Shown: piece after piece, positions 13,917-26,694 of the stretch | Numbering within the stretch: the stretch's first letter is position 1 | How the letters are laid out: every line of letters begins with the position of its first letter | Assembly: GCA_026936335.1 (NCBI GenBank) | Contig: JAPMXV010000010.1 | Span: 62,001 to 126,000, forward strand | Reading direction: 5' to 3' | From: Mantamonas sphyraenae STR306 | Lineage: Eukaryota > Protista > CRuMs | Length of the DNA: 64,000 nucleotides | Program-made: the position numbers and the translations under genes | The notes under the pieces: model-generated | The model's database searches: none | The model's input: the letters and a program-made list of their open reading frames with translations, nothing else | What the model was told of the DNA's origin: nothing

Positions 13917-16900
13917 ATGTTCACCCCGGCTGTCAAGGAGCGCACAGTGCACTCTGGCACCACCAGCAAGGGCACAAAAAAGTTCCGATACCAGTCGTTC
14001 AGCGAGCGCATCGGCGCGTTGAACATCGACGTCCTGCACAAGGTCGACGAATACCAGTTTGACTTGGACACAGGTGAGTTGTACTTCTCCCCCGTGGTTT
14101 GAATGCCATTCCAACCATGCATGGTTCCCATGGTCCCTCATGTGCGTGGCTACGGCCTCCCTTCCCTGCCCTGGGCTGACACGGATGCGTGTGGGCGGAT
14201 TTTGGCGACACATGCGACCAAGACTCGAACTTTGCGCACCACCTGGAAAACTGGCGGGAGCTGAACACCACCGCCCAGTTTGCAGACTTTTACCACCGAG
14301 TGCAGCCACTGTGCACGTCGCTGCCTCTGCTTCTGCATTCCAAGCACAAGGTCGTGGAAGCGCTGCTGGACGAGCTGCAGCCAACCGAACGCAACGGCGG
14401 ACGGGAGCCAGACCCGGCTGCCCTGCCTCCTGCCCTCAACCTCATCACCATGTTGGCACGCGACCTGCGCCACGAGTTCTACGAGTTCTTCCCGCAGTTC
14501 ATGACTTCCCTCCTGCAGCTGATGGACCCGCAGAACCCGACGCTGCTCGAACTCCTCTTCAGCTCCCTCCTATTTCTCTTCAAATACCTGGTCAAGGACC
14601 TTGTCAAGGACATCCCCATGCTTTTTGACGACCACTACAGCCATCTGCTTGCCCATCGCAAGGAATACGTCCGCCGTGTGGCTGCAGAGTCCCTTGCCTT
14701 TCTGCTGCGCAAACTTTCCACCTCTGCCCTCCAGGTGCAGCTCCTGCGCATGGTCACACACACACCCAAGAGCATCGGCAGCAGCAGTGGCAGCTCTGCA
14801 GGTGACGATGACGACGATGGAGACGAGCCCATGAGCGAACGAGCGCAAACGGCCCTCCGCGAGCAACTCGACGATGGCCTGGGCCACCTGCTGTTCCAGG
14901 TGGTGCGTGGTGTGCGCCACCGCCTGCATTCCAAGGCATCCACCATGCTTCCCTTTTATCTCGACGAGTGCCTGCAGTACGCACACGTCTCTGTACAAAA
15001 CGCCTTCAAGCATCTTGTGTCGCACGTCGACACAGACAATGCCGCCCACGTGTGGTCAGTCTTTCTCAAGAGCGTGGCCCAGCAACTGGATACCGATCCC
15101 ACCGCTGCTCACCTGCCGCATCTGCTCACCATCATCCGCCGATGGACACACTTCCACCACGGCGACCGCGTACACGACCCGACTACCCTCGACATCATCC
15201 TACAGTCGCTGGTACTGTCCAAACAACCGCTTCAAGCACACCCGCAAGCCATTTTGGACCTCTTTGCATCGTGCGTCCTGGTTCTCGGCTCCCGCCCCTT
15301 TGAGGCCTCCATGTCGGCGTACCTGAAAGCCATATTCAAGCTGCGCGACGCCTCCGATGCCGTCTTTGCCATGGCTGCACGCTTGGGCGAGCGCATCGAG
15401 CTCATGACGGACGCCTACGTGGCCCAGTTGCTCAAGTACGTCCAAACAGTGCTGACGCACGCCCATGACGACGCCCAGCAGCACATGCACGTGTTGTCAT
15501 TTCTTTCACAATGGCCTTACGCCAAAGCACGCGTGTCTGACGAGGTTCTCGCAGCCGTGCTGGCACCCCTGGAGGAGGCCTCCGAGTCGCCCCTCCATGT
15601 TCTCCACTTGGCTCTGGGTGCGCTGCAGAATCTGCATCTCGGTTCAAAGACCCTCAACAAGGTTGCACAAACGCACCTTTACCCGCTGCTGGATCGCATG
15701 CCAAACGACAGCCTGGAGAGCGCGTGCGTGCGTGCCCAGCTTGTGCGTGTGCTGTTGCAGGGCATGAGTGGCGAGCAGCTCGTGCAAGAAGCCATGGCAT
15801 GTGCAGACAGTCCCCACATGCTCACTGTGCTGGCTGACGAGTGTGTGCAACGCAACCTGGAGTTGGAGGACGAGGAATTGCGCGACGAGTTCACCGCGCG
15901 TGTGTTTGAACCCAACATGATGTCGCGCAACCACACCCTGCGTCTGCACACCCTGCGCATTTGGGCTTGTTTCACCCACCCGGCGTGGGCCAAGGACATG
16001 GCGCAGCTGATGGCCGAAATCGAGGAGATCGACCCGCTCAACCCCAACGAGATCCGCGAAAAGACGACACGCATGCGTACACTGGACACGTACATGCGCC
16101 CTTCCACCATGGACCAGAGTTACCGCGAACACTACCAGCGCTTCCTACAGGGCACGCTGTACGCCAAGCTGTCTCTGGTGCTGCCCGAGGTGGCGCTCTC
16201 CCTGCGCGATCTCGCAACCCTCGATTTCGACTCGTTCTGGCGTGTGTTTAGCCCGGTGCTCACCGAAGCGCTGTACAATGCGTCGCACGAGTCGCCCGAT
16301 GACGTGGAGGCAGCACTGTTGCAGGAGGCCCTGCAAGAGGCCGAAGGCGACGAGGTGCACGAAGCCTTTGTACGCCATGTGCACGACGTGCCGCCCCACC
16401 TCAACGCACACGATTATGCCGAAGCCATGTTGACCATTCTGGCAGAGATGGGCAACGCCGTGTACCCTGCCTCGACGGAACTCGCGCGCCTGTTCCTCTT
16501 TGCCCTGATGCCCGAGTATGCCTCCGTGTACCGAGACGAGCATCTGGGTGCTGACACAAGTGTGTTTGAAGCCCATCCAGAGCTGGAGGAGGAGTACGAG
16601 GCGGCCATGGCCAGCGACATCCGACCTGCGCCCTCGCGCAAGCAACTGCTGAACAAGCTGCGCCTCTTTCTGCGCATCTTTTCCAATCTGACCAAGCCAC
16701 GACGCATTGAACAGCCCGTGCGCGACGCACTGTACCACGTGTGTATGCGCTTCCTCATGAAGACGGAGGAATCAATCCAACAGCTTGCGCTGGAGGTGAT
16801 TCTGCGTTGGCAGAACGAATCGCACATGGCACACAAGGACCACCTGCGCAACCTTGTGCAACCCAAAAAGATGGCCGAAACACTGGTGCTGTTTTCCTTG

Positions 16901-19900
16901 GACGTGGATGCAGGTGTGGCCAACGTTCAGGAGCGACCCCACCTGCTGCCGCTTGTGTTTCGCATCCTGTTTGCACGACTGGTGTCGCGTCGAGGCAAGC
17001 GCAACCGCAGGGCCATTGCCACCTCGCGCAACAAGATTTTCACTTATTTCAGCAATTTCCAGCCTGAGGAGCTGCGCTACTTTGTCGACCTCATGCTGCA
17101 GCCGTTCCGCGAGTGCCTGGCACGTGTGGAGGAGACTGGCCAGCCCCCACTTCGTGCAGACACACGCAAGTTGCTCGGTGTCCTGCATTTCATCGAGGAC
17201 GTGGTCCGCCAGCTGGGCTCCCGCCTCAAGGCCTATCTCGGCGACTTTCTCGACGTCATTGTTGCCGCAACGCGCATGTCGCTCATCATCGACGAGCATG
17301 AGGCTTCCAAAGAGGCGGCCATGGAGGTGGATGACGAAGAGGAGGAGGAGGAGGACAAGCAGGATGATGATGAGGAGGAGGAAGAGGAGGAGGATGGAGG
17401 CCAGGGCGATGGTGACGACGATGACAATGAGCCTGCCGGCGATGTGGCTGCGTCGCTGAGACTGCCAGCCACAGGGAGACAGGCCAAGCAGATCCGCTCG
17501 CTTTGCTTGAAGCGGACAGCACAGATCATGCGCAAGTTCCCGCGTTGGGACTTTGACGAGGCGGCGACGGAGCTGCTCACAATGCAAGCAGAACGCATCC
17601 GTGCGATGCCGCTGCACAATGTGTACAACATGACGGGTCTGCTGGACTTTCTGCTGACGCTGAGCAACCACCGTGCACTCGTGCACCTTCTGGCGGTGCA
17701 GGAAGATGCGGTGCCCAGTGTGCTCCGCATGATTTCCGTGCCACACATCAACCCGTCCGTCCTCTCATCAGTCCTCTCCTTTGTAGAGAACCTTCTTGGA
17801 GCACACGACGACCACGAGGGTGTATATCACCGATACGACGCATCCTCATCGTCGTCCATGCAGGTGGACGGGGACGACAAAGGCGGCGACGACCAGGAAG
17901 CCAAGGTGGATGTGCTGGAACCGCACGTACAGGTGCTTCTGGAGCAGATGCAGCAGCTGGTGGAGCTGCATGCCATCGACCGCAAGGTGGACACAGAACA
18001 TCTTGCGTCGGAGGGAAAGAACACAGCCACGGCACTGGGCAAAACACACGGCAAGACTCAGATGGCACAGCAGATCGCAAAGGAAAAGAAGCATCTGCGT
18101 GCACAGAGTGGACGTGAACTGATCATTTTGTCGCAGGTGGCCAAATATGTCAACGACGGCGACCGTGCTCAGACGTTGTTGGATCTGTTGACACCGCATC
18201 TGCGAGACAAGCGCACACACAAAGCCCACGTGGTGAGCATCTTGGAGATTGTGGGCCAGCTTGTGCCCCTTCTGCACGATCCCATGACGTACTGGAGGAC
18301 CGTGAGTGCCCTGTACGCAACCCTTGGACCGCACAGCGCAGCACGCAAGGCGCTGGGCACGGCCATGCATGCGTTCTCCCTGGCCAACAAGGCGCTGAAG
18401 CCTGTGGCCGACGCCCTGTCGCTGTTGAATGCGTTTAGCAAACGGCGCTTGGACGAGTACGACTTTGACGCGCGAGCGCAGGGTTTCCAGCGTGTGATGG
18501 ATCTGATGCCATCGGCAGAGGCGGAACACCTGTGGCCCATCATTGCGTGCTACCAGGCCCTGTTGCAGGACGAGGATATGTCCATGCGCAACATGACGGC
18601 CAGTGCCTTTTTGGAGTTGATTGGATACGTGGGTGCCCATCCGCAGCAGCTCCCAGGTGTTCTCACCGGCCCCGTGTACTCGTGCATCAAGGAGGGGCTG
18701 CGGTCGCACAATGCCAGCCACCGCAAGGACTTTGTGCGCCTGCTGGCAGAGACGGTGCGACAGGAGGGAGGCGAGGCGTTCCCGGATTACCAGTGGCTGC
18801 TGGGCCATGGTGACGAGGAGCAAGACTTTCTCATGAACATTGTGCACATCCAATTGCACAGGCGCACGCGTGCTATGCTGCGCCTGCGACGCCGCATGGA
18901 GGAGGCACTGGAGGAAGGGGAGCATCCATTGGGTGCGGGCACGCTGGTCAACGTGGTGATCCCGCTGGTGAATCACGCGGTACACGAGGCCGGCGACGCT
19001 GACAACGACTTGTTTGAGGAGGGCACACGCACGCTGGGTGCACTGGCCAAACATCTGAGCTGGGGCCACTACTATCGCTTCCTTCGCACCAACATCAACC
19101 TGATCGAGAGCAAGCCCGAGATGGAAAAGCGCCTGATCCGCATTGTCACCAAATGGCTGGATGCGTTTCACTTTGAAGCTGCGGACGAAGAGAGCAGTGG
19201 CCACCGCGCGCTGGTGGGCTTTGTGCTGCCAGCCCTGGACAAGCTGCTTGTGGAGGTAAAGAGCACGGAGCGACGGGGCAAGGACAGCACAAAGGTGATT
19301 TCCAGGCACAGCATCCGCGTGCCCGTGGCCCTTGCGGTCGTCAAGGTGCTGCACCTGCTCCCGGAGGCGGTGATGAAAAAGAACCTGCCCCGGCTGGTGA
19401 TGAAGATGGCCTTGCTGTTGCGCTCGCGCGAGCAAACAACACGCGACAGCACACGCAACACACTCGTGCGTGTGTTGCAGGAAACAGGCGTCTCGTACCT
19501 GCGCTTCATGCTGGAGGAGCTGAAGGGCACGCTGACGCGAGGGTACCAGGTACACGTGCTGGCCTACACGCTGTTTTCCATCCTGGAAGCCATGGTGCCA
19601 CGTGCGCAGTGCGGTGACCTCGACTATTGCCTGGACATCATGCTGGAAATCATGCTGCGAGACATGGTGGGGCTTGTGGCTGCTGAAAAGAAGGAGGACA
19701 AGGTGTACGCTGGGATGCGCGAGACCAAGGCCACCCGCTCCTTGGACTCCTTCCAGCTGTTGGCCAGTGTGGTTGACTTCAAATCCAGCGTGGTGGCTCT
19801 GGTGGAACCTGTGCAGCGGCTGATGTACGACACCACCAGCCGCGAGATGGCTCGTACGTTGCAGGAGATGCTGCGCCACTTGGGCATTGGCATCCTGGCA

Positions 19901-22321
19901 AACAAGAGCGCCAATGTGGACGACGTCCTCCTGTTTGTGTTTGCCCTGCTGCAGGACAACCGGCCCCTGTGTGTGCCGCCGCCAAAGAAGGACCGTGGCA
20001 AGCGCCGAGGCGACGGGGCGTCGACGCCGCGCGAGACGTCGCACATGACGGAGAAGCTCCTGGTGGACGAAAAGGCGGCGGAACGAGAGGCAGCCGCCAA
20101 GGCCATGCGCAACAGTCATTTCAAAGCAAACGCACACTTGTTGGTGGAGTTTGCGTTGAATCTGCTGCACACCTTGGCCAAACGGGGACGTGTTCATCGC
20201 GGCAAGAAGGAACACGCACAACTGTTGGATCCGTTTGTGGAAGAGGTGTTGGCAGGCATGAAGCTGAAGTACGCAGAGTGCAGGGTGCAGGCACTCAAGG
20301 CTGTGGGTGCCCTGGTGCAGTTTGACCTGCCCAGCATGCATTCGCACATGCCCGCCGTTCTCAAGCAAGTGCTGCGTTTGATTGAGAGCGCAGGTTCCAT
20401 GGAGTCGGACCTTGCGCAGGCGTCGCTCAAGTGCCTGACTGTGTTGTTGCGCGACTGTCCCTACGCCGAGCTCAGCGATGCGCAGCTGCGCGCCCTGGTG
20501 CACATGCTCTCGCTGGAGCTGGAACCGTCCAAGGCGCTGGCCAGCGTATTGACCCTGGTGCGTGCACTGGTTGGACGACGCTTTGTGTGCCCGGAGATGT
20601 ACGACTTGGCGACTCTGGTGGGCAAACTCATGGTCACCAGCATGCTGGAGCAGGTGCGAGGCCTCTCATCCACCATCTTCCTCAACTTTCTGCTGGACTA
20701 TCCGCTGGGTACCAAGCGGCTGACCCAACACATGGAATTCCTGATGAAGAACCTGGCGTACAAACGCCCCAGCGGCAGGCTGGCTGTGCTGTCACTGCTG
20801 GCTTCCATGTGCACCCAGTTCCCCGAGGCCGTGTTGGATGAGCGAGCCCCAATGATGTTTCTGCCGCTGGTCATGCGTGTGGCTGTGGACGAAGACGCAC
20901 GCTGTCGCCAAGAGGCCGGCGGCGTTTTGCGCAAGCTGCTCGCTCATGTGGGCGACAAGACATTCCGCCAGCTCATGTCCATGGCTGTCCAGTGGATGTC
21001 CAGTGGCATGGATGGCATGCAAGAAGACGAGGAGGATGCGAGCAGCAGCGCAGGGAGCCGGGAAACGCGAAAAGAGGCGCAACTGCGTCGTCTGGGCGCA
21101 CAGGTGTTGAGCATCAGCCTGGAGGTGCGCGAGGGCATGGTGCGAGCTGAGATGATGGACACGGTGCTGCCCTTGTTGACCAACATGTTGGACATGCGCG
21201 ACTGGCAGCCTGTGTACCATGCACTGAAGGTGTTGGAGAAGCTGTGCGCCAGCGAACGGGCCCTTCTGTTTGACTCGCGACTGGACACGCTGTGGAGCTC
21301 GTTGCCTGCCCTTCTGGTCCATCCGAACCAATGGATCCGAGCGGTGGCTTGCCGCGTGTTGGGCTTGCTGTTTGCGGCGTTGCCTGCGTCGCTGGTGGAC
21401 ACCCACGAGTCGCCCTTGGAACCCGAGGACCTGTGGCTGTACAAAGAGAACAAGCTGTACGAAGTGGCATGGTGCCTGTGTGCCCAGCTGCTGGATAAGG
21501 CACAGCCGGACGAGGCCACCGGCGACCAGCTCGTGCGCAACCTGCTCTATGTGTGTCGCTTGGCCACACACCACGTCCAGTTGGCTGTGGATCCGGAACA
21601 CGCAACCAAGCACGACGACGATGAGGACGACGAGGACGCCGCTGCGGACTCGCTCATCCTTCGCCAAGACCAGGTCTTGCATCTCGGCGTACCTGGTGCA
21701 ACTGGAGGCAGGAACGAGCACAGGAACAGTGACAGCGACAGTGACGTTGACGAGGAGGAGCAGGAGCAGGAGCAGGAGGACAGCGATGCCCCGGCGATCG
21801 TCATTCCAGAGGTGAATCCGCTTCTGCGTTTTGTGTTTCATCGATTGTCCAAATCCAGCGCGCAACTCAATGCCCAAGGCCAAGTGCTCGTGTTCAAACT
21901 TTTCGCTGGCGCGTGCATGCAGCTGGGCGAACAGGTGCGTCCGTATCTGCTGCTGATCATGCAACCGTTGTACAAGGCCACCGAGAGGGGCGAGGATGAA
22001 CGGTTTGCCACTGCATCGGAAATGGCGCAGCAGGTGCTGGACCTCCTCCGCGACTCTATGGGCACACGACTGTATGTACATGTGTACAACCGTGTGCACA
22101 GCAAGGTGCGCGAGCGACGGGAGGACCGCAAGCGTCGCCTGGCGGTGAAAAAGATTGTCGATCCCGAAGGCGATCAGAAGCGACGCAGGGTCAAAGCGGA
22201 GCGCAAGAAAGCAAGCCGCAAACGCAAGGTGCAACAGTGGAAGGCTGTCAAGGAGGGAGTGGCACAAGCCAGCAGTAGCAGCAGCAGCAGTAGCAGCGGT
22301 GGTGGGAGGAGGAGGAGGTGA
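13917..22321 (+). CDS. UTP20: U3 snoRNP / SSU processome HEAT-repeat protein UTP20; intron starts at 14074
   Basis: N-terminal KFRYQSFSERI..LNID, LENWRELN, LTRGYQVHVL, FLLDYPLG..L..H..F...NL.Y...SGR and a basic C-terminus; about 2,750 aa. Confidence 0.92.
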
Positions 22322-22332
22322 CCAAAATGTGT

Positions 22333-25031
22333 TCATTTTCCCCAGTTTCGCATCTCATCCTTGACGAAATCAAACGAGTCTGTCGTTTTGCTCTTGTTGG
22401 TGGACAGGCCAAACGATCCGCCGCCACTGGACGCGATGCCGTTGTCCTGTTGAGGGGCGGTGGAAAAGGCTTGGCCGACGCGAATGCCACCCGAACCCAG
22501 CGCAGCGTAGTTTGGAGAGGCATTGCCCGTCTGCTGCTGCTGTTGCACATGCGAGTTGGTGAACAGGATGCTTCCGCCACCGCTTCCGCCGGAGTTCATG
22601 GGCGACAGGCCGAACGAGTTGCCGCTCGGTTGCATGGTGCCTCCACCTCCGCCGCCCATGCCCAGACCGAATGCATTGCTTCCTCCTCCCTGCTGTTGTT
22701 GTTGCTGCTGCTGTCCCTGTGTATATGTACCGTTTCCTCCACTGCCGCCGTTGTTGCTGCCGGTCGTAAAGTCGGACGAGTTGAGCGCAGCCAGGACGGC
22801 GTTCTTTCCGCCTCCACCCATGCCACCTCCACCATTGCCTCCACCTCCACCTCCGCCCAGATCCAAACCGAACAGACCTCCCATGCCACCGTTGTTCTGC
22901 TGCTGCTGCTGCTGTTGCTGCTCTTCCTGTCCGTCTCCGCCCATGCTCAGGCCTCCAAACAGACCTGGGCCACCGCTACCACCGCCACCTCCTTGCTGCT
23001 GTTGCTGCTGCTGCTGCCCTTGCTCGTCTCCACCCATGCTGAGACCACCAAAGAGACCCGGTCCGCCTCCGCCTCCGCTTCCGCCTGCGTTGCCGCTTGT
23101 GTTGACACCCAACGAGGACAAGTCGTCATCTTCCTCCTCCTCGTTGCCGAATCCAATGTCGACGAGTCCTCCTCCGTCACCGCCGCCCCTGGACGAGTTG
23201 CCACGGCTCGATCGGCGTTCGCTGGCGCGCATCTGATTGCGCGACACCCGCTTGCTGCCGCTGCCCTTGCTGCTCTTGCCTTCGTACTCATCGGGGAACA
23301 CGCGTGCCATGACCTTGAGGGCCAGATTCTTGACCACGGTCTGTTCGGCCTCCACCAGCTGCTCCACAGCCTCGGGCTGGTCCGCCAGGTAGTCCAGGTA
23401 GTGTTCACTGAGTTTGGAGCTCTTGGTCAGTGCATCCAGAACGTACAGGGCACGGTAGCGCACCTGCCACGTCTCGTCCTCAAGTTTTTCGCACAACAGC
23501 GATGCCATGATGTCCACATCCAGGGTCTCGCACCGACCCACAAAGGTCTGTGTATCCTCTCGAGGTGGTGCTGCACGCACACCCGACGGCGTGGTGATCT
23601 CCTCCACCAGCCGTGCCTCGTACTCTCCCGGATCACTGCGCATTGCAGGCCTGCTTGGCGTCGTCTGCCCACCGAAGGAGTTGCGTCCCGAGGATCCTCC
23701 ACGCGACTGCGTCTGTCCTCCTCCTCCTCCTCCACCTCCTCCACCTCCACCTCCAAAGCCAGTGCGACTGTTGCCCGAAGCGCTGCGTGACCCCAACGAG
23801 CCGCTGCCGCTGTCGTTGCCTCCACTCGAGCCCCATGAACCTCCCACAGTGCCCTTCTGGCGTGTGTTTTGGGCTGAAAAGCCGCCGCTGCGTGCGGTGT
23901 TTGTTTCGGTGGTGTTGCTGACGCCGCGGAAGCCGTCGTAGTTGCGCTGTTGCTGTTCACGCTGCATGCGTGCCTCCTTCATCGTGTTGCCACTACCTGC
24001 CACGCTGTTCACCTTGTCCTTGGCCGATGATAGCATGTTGGACACTTTGTCCACAATGTCCTCGCTGCTGTTCTGGGCGCGCTGTTGGGCGAATTTCGGG
24101 TTGCCAAACCCGCCGTACTTGCTCCCTGTGTTGGCAAAGCCTCCACCACTCACACCCATCGACTGCCCTCCGTTGTTGCCTCCTCCGTACGATGTTGACG
24201 ACGACGTGTTGCCCAACGACGACGTGCTTCCCGAGCCCCAGCCTCCGCCGACGCTGCTCCGGTGCTGCCCTGCTGGCTGGTGCCCGTCGACCCAAAGCCC
24301 TGCATGCGGCTCGATGTGCTGGTGCTCTCCTCTCGCTCGATGTTCGAGTCAAACAACATGTTCATCAGCGTCTGTGTGTGCGTGTCGTGTCAGCTGTGGG
24401 ACCCTGTGTGTCGCGTGCGGGGCCAAAGAGGGGAAAGCCCACTCACCTGCGCTTCAGTTCGGATCTGCTTGTTGATCTCGTCCCCATGGAACTGGTCTTC
24501 CGTGCCCTTGAACGCTGTGGGCACCCAACCACACGTGCATGTCAGTACTGCCCCGTCCGTGGCACCTCCATCTCTCTGTGGCCGGCCGCAGGCCCACGAA
24601 AACGGGCCGCGTTTGCAAAGGAAATGGACACGCGCGTGTGTTTCGTTCTTCAACGCCCACCGCCGCAGGCAGCCTGCACAGATGGACTGGCATCATCCAA
24701 CCACACGCAAGCGGTTGCACACACGTTTGCCCATGTGACACTTACACACGCATTCCTTGATGAGGTCGGTGCGCTGCTGCATATCCGACTGAAAGTCTGG
24801 CGAGCCCTTGCTGACGCAGTGCTGCATCACCTTGAGTGTCTTGAGCTTGACCCAAGCCTGATCCTTGGCCAAGCGTTTGAGCAGAAAGTCCTGCAGTTCC
24901 TGGTTTGCCTGCATGCTCTTGGTGGTGATGGCTGCGATGTCCTTGAACATGTACCCGGGCGTGCTGTTCTCGTCGTTCGACGTGGCCTTGGCCACAAGTG
25001 TCTTGTCGATGGAGTAGATGAAGCGCGACAT
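22333..25031 (-). CDS. TEPSIN: Tepsin-like AP-4 accessory protein (ENTH + VHS-like domains, Gly/Gln-rich tail); multi-exon, 1-nt indel near 24260
   Basis: KATSNDENSTPGYMFKDIA...VKLKTLK, a second domain YEARLVEEITTPSGVRAAP, and C-terminal DSFDFVKDEM. Confidence 0.78.
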
Positions 25032-25234
25032 GCTTGTTCGCCTCGTGTGGGGGTGTCTATGTGGTGCCGGGGTGTTTTGGGTTGGGTTGCGGAGGTTGGC
25101 GCGACTCATGCTCCTGCTGAGTGTGTGAGGGGTGGGTTGTGTGTGTGGTGTGGGGAGGGGGTTGGAGGGAAGGAGGGGAAGCGGTGATGGCGGTGGTGAT
25201 GATGAAGGGTGAATTGCTGGCGACCGCAGAGATA

Positions 25235-25256
25235 CAGTGAATTCGAAGCAAACTGA
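25235..25256 (+). repeat. Left imperfect terminal inverted repeat of element 1
   Basis: TA|CAGTG start typical of Tc1/mariner; pairs with 32352-32373. Confidence 0.65.
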
Positions 25257-25694
25257 AATTGGCCTCATTCGGGCAAGATAGACTCATTTGTCAAAGTAAG
25301 GGGTGCCAGAGTAGCAACACGTAATGAACAAATGCATCCTGTGCACAACTACAATGCCTGTCTGAGGCATTGGCTGCCGCATCTCATCGTCCCGTTTGCT
25401 GGTGGTATTTCACCACCGCGTTTCCACATGTCCACTCACCACGCCACCATCCTTGTGGACATGCCGATATGATTCAATTCTCCAGCAGCTCGTTGACGGA
25501 GCGCAAGGCTCTTCTTGCCACTCCGGATGATCAGCATGGCAGTGTTTGGACAAATTCCCTCCAATCGTCCAACGGCGTCGTGGAAGAGAGTCGTGACGAG
25601 ATTCAAGCAATGCACCATTGTCTGTGGCGAGGTTGGCGTGCGCAAGGGTAACAACTTCCCCTCAACATCCAAGTGCGACATGTGAGGCACAACA

Positions 25695-26694
25695 ATGTTT
25701 CGAGAGTGGAAAACCAACGCAAACGGTGGTGCATACTACCTGGGAATGGAGTACAGCGAGCGCGAACGGCGCAATGTGCTGCATACGAAGAATCTCAACC
25801 CGTGCTGGACTTTGGAAGAGGTGGCACAGCATTGCAGCGTGTCGCGATCGTCCGTGTGTTGCTTCCTCCGCAACGGCCCCACGGCCAAGAAGCGAGGCGG
25901 TGCGCGAGGTCCCCGAAAGATAGGAACGACGGAAGAAGATCTTTTGCGTACTGGGTTTGATGCTGACCCTTTGCTGAGTTTGGATCAACTGCGGGGCCTG
26001 CTCGCAGATGTGGGAGTGTCCGTTGCAAAGTCGACGATTTGCGCCGCACTCAAACGCATGCAGTATAGTCGCAAACAGGCCAAGACTATTCCTACGGAGC
26101 GATTCAAGGAAGTAAACATGCAGCGGTTGGAGACGCACATGGAACGCATGCAGAACGACCCGTTGCTGGCAGCCAAATCATCGTCTTTGTGGACGAGTGT
26201 GGTGTGGACCGCAGGGCCATGCAGCGTCGCTTTGGGTACTCCCGCATAGGATCGGAGTGCGTGGTGAAGCGCATGTGAGTGAGAACGGGTCGAATGGCTG
26301 GGGCGAATGGCTGCTTTGTTCGGGCTCTGTCGTGCTCACACTGCTGTGTATGCGCACACGCGCGCTGATCAGCTACAACCGGGGAAAGAATCACAGTGTG
26401 CTTTCAGCGATAGGAATGGAAGGACTGATCCAAAGCGAGGTGCAGAGCATGCCGTACAAGAGCGCGACGTTCACAGAGTTTATGATGCGGCTGCTTCAGG
26501 ACCAGAGACGCATGCGCACAGTCGTGCTGGACAATGCAAGCATCCACAAACAGGCAGCAAAGCAGATCGAACGAATGGGTCACACGTGTGTCTTCCTACC
26601 AGCGTATTGTCCGTTCCTGAATCACATCGATGCGACGCAGTTCATGGGGTATTGGATGGTGCGCCACAACGCTCAAGAGAAAAGTGTACCATGA
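25695..26694 (+). pseudogene. IS630/Tc1-mariner DDE transposase, likely degenerate: frameshift near 26175, intron 26275-26372, apparent C-terminal internal deletion
   Basis: HTH region (MEYSERER...VSRSSV...VSVAKSTICAALKRMQYSRK), then IVFVDECG, RGKNHSVLSAI, VVLDNASIHK and FLPAYCPFLNHID. Confidence 0.85.

Noticed and set aside
14190-14225. Non-canonical GG splice acceptor in the UTP20 intron
   Set aside because: An in-frame AAG acceptor exists at about 14223, and a base error is also possible.
17846-20503. Long antisense ORFs (this one, 42367-45144, 41915-44275, 38808-41033, 61241-63157)
   Set aside because: These are shadow frames of GC3-rich or repetitive genes on the opposite strand and show no domain signal.
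26160-26190. Programmed -1 frameshift in the IS630-like transposase
   Set aside because: This is known for bacterial IS630, but there is no clear slippery heptamer here (only AAA), and similar 1-nt indels occur in several host genes, so error or decay is more likely.
26307-26690. N-terminal 128 aa of the listed 1,969-aa ORF
   Set aside because: It overlaps the transposase intron and DDE exon in another frame; ATG 26691 is the more plausible start.
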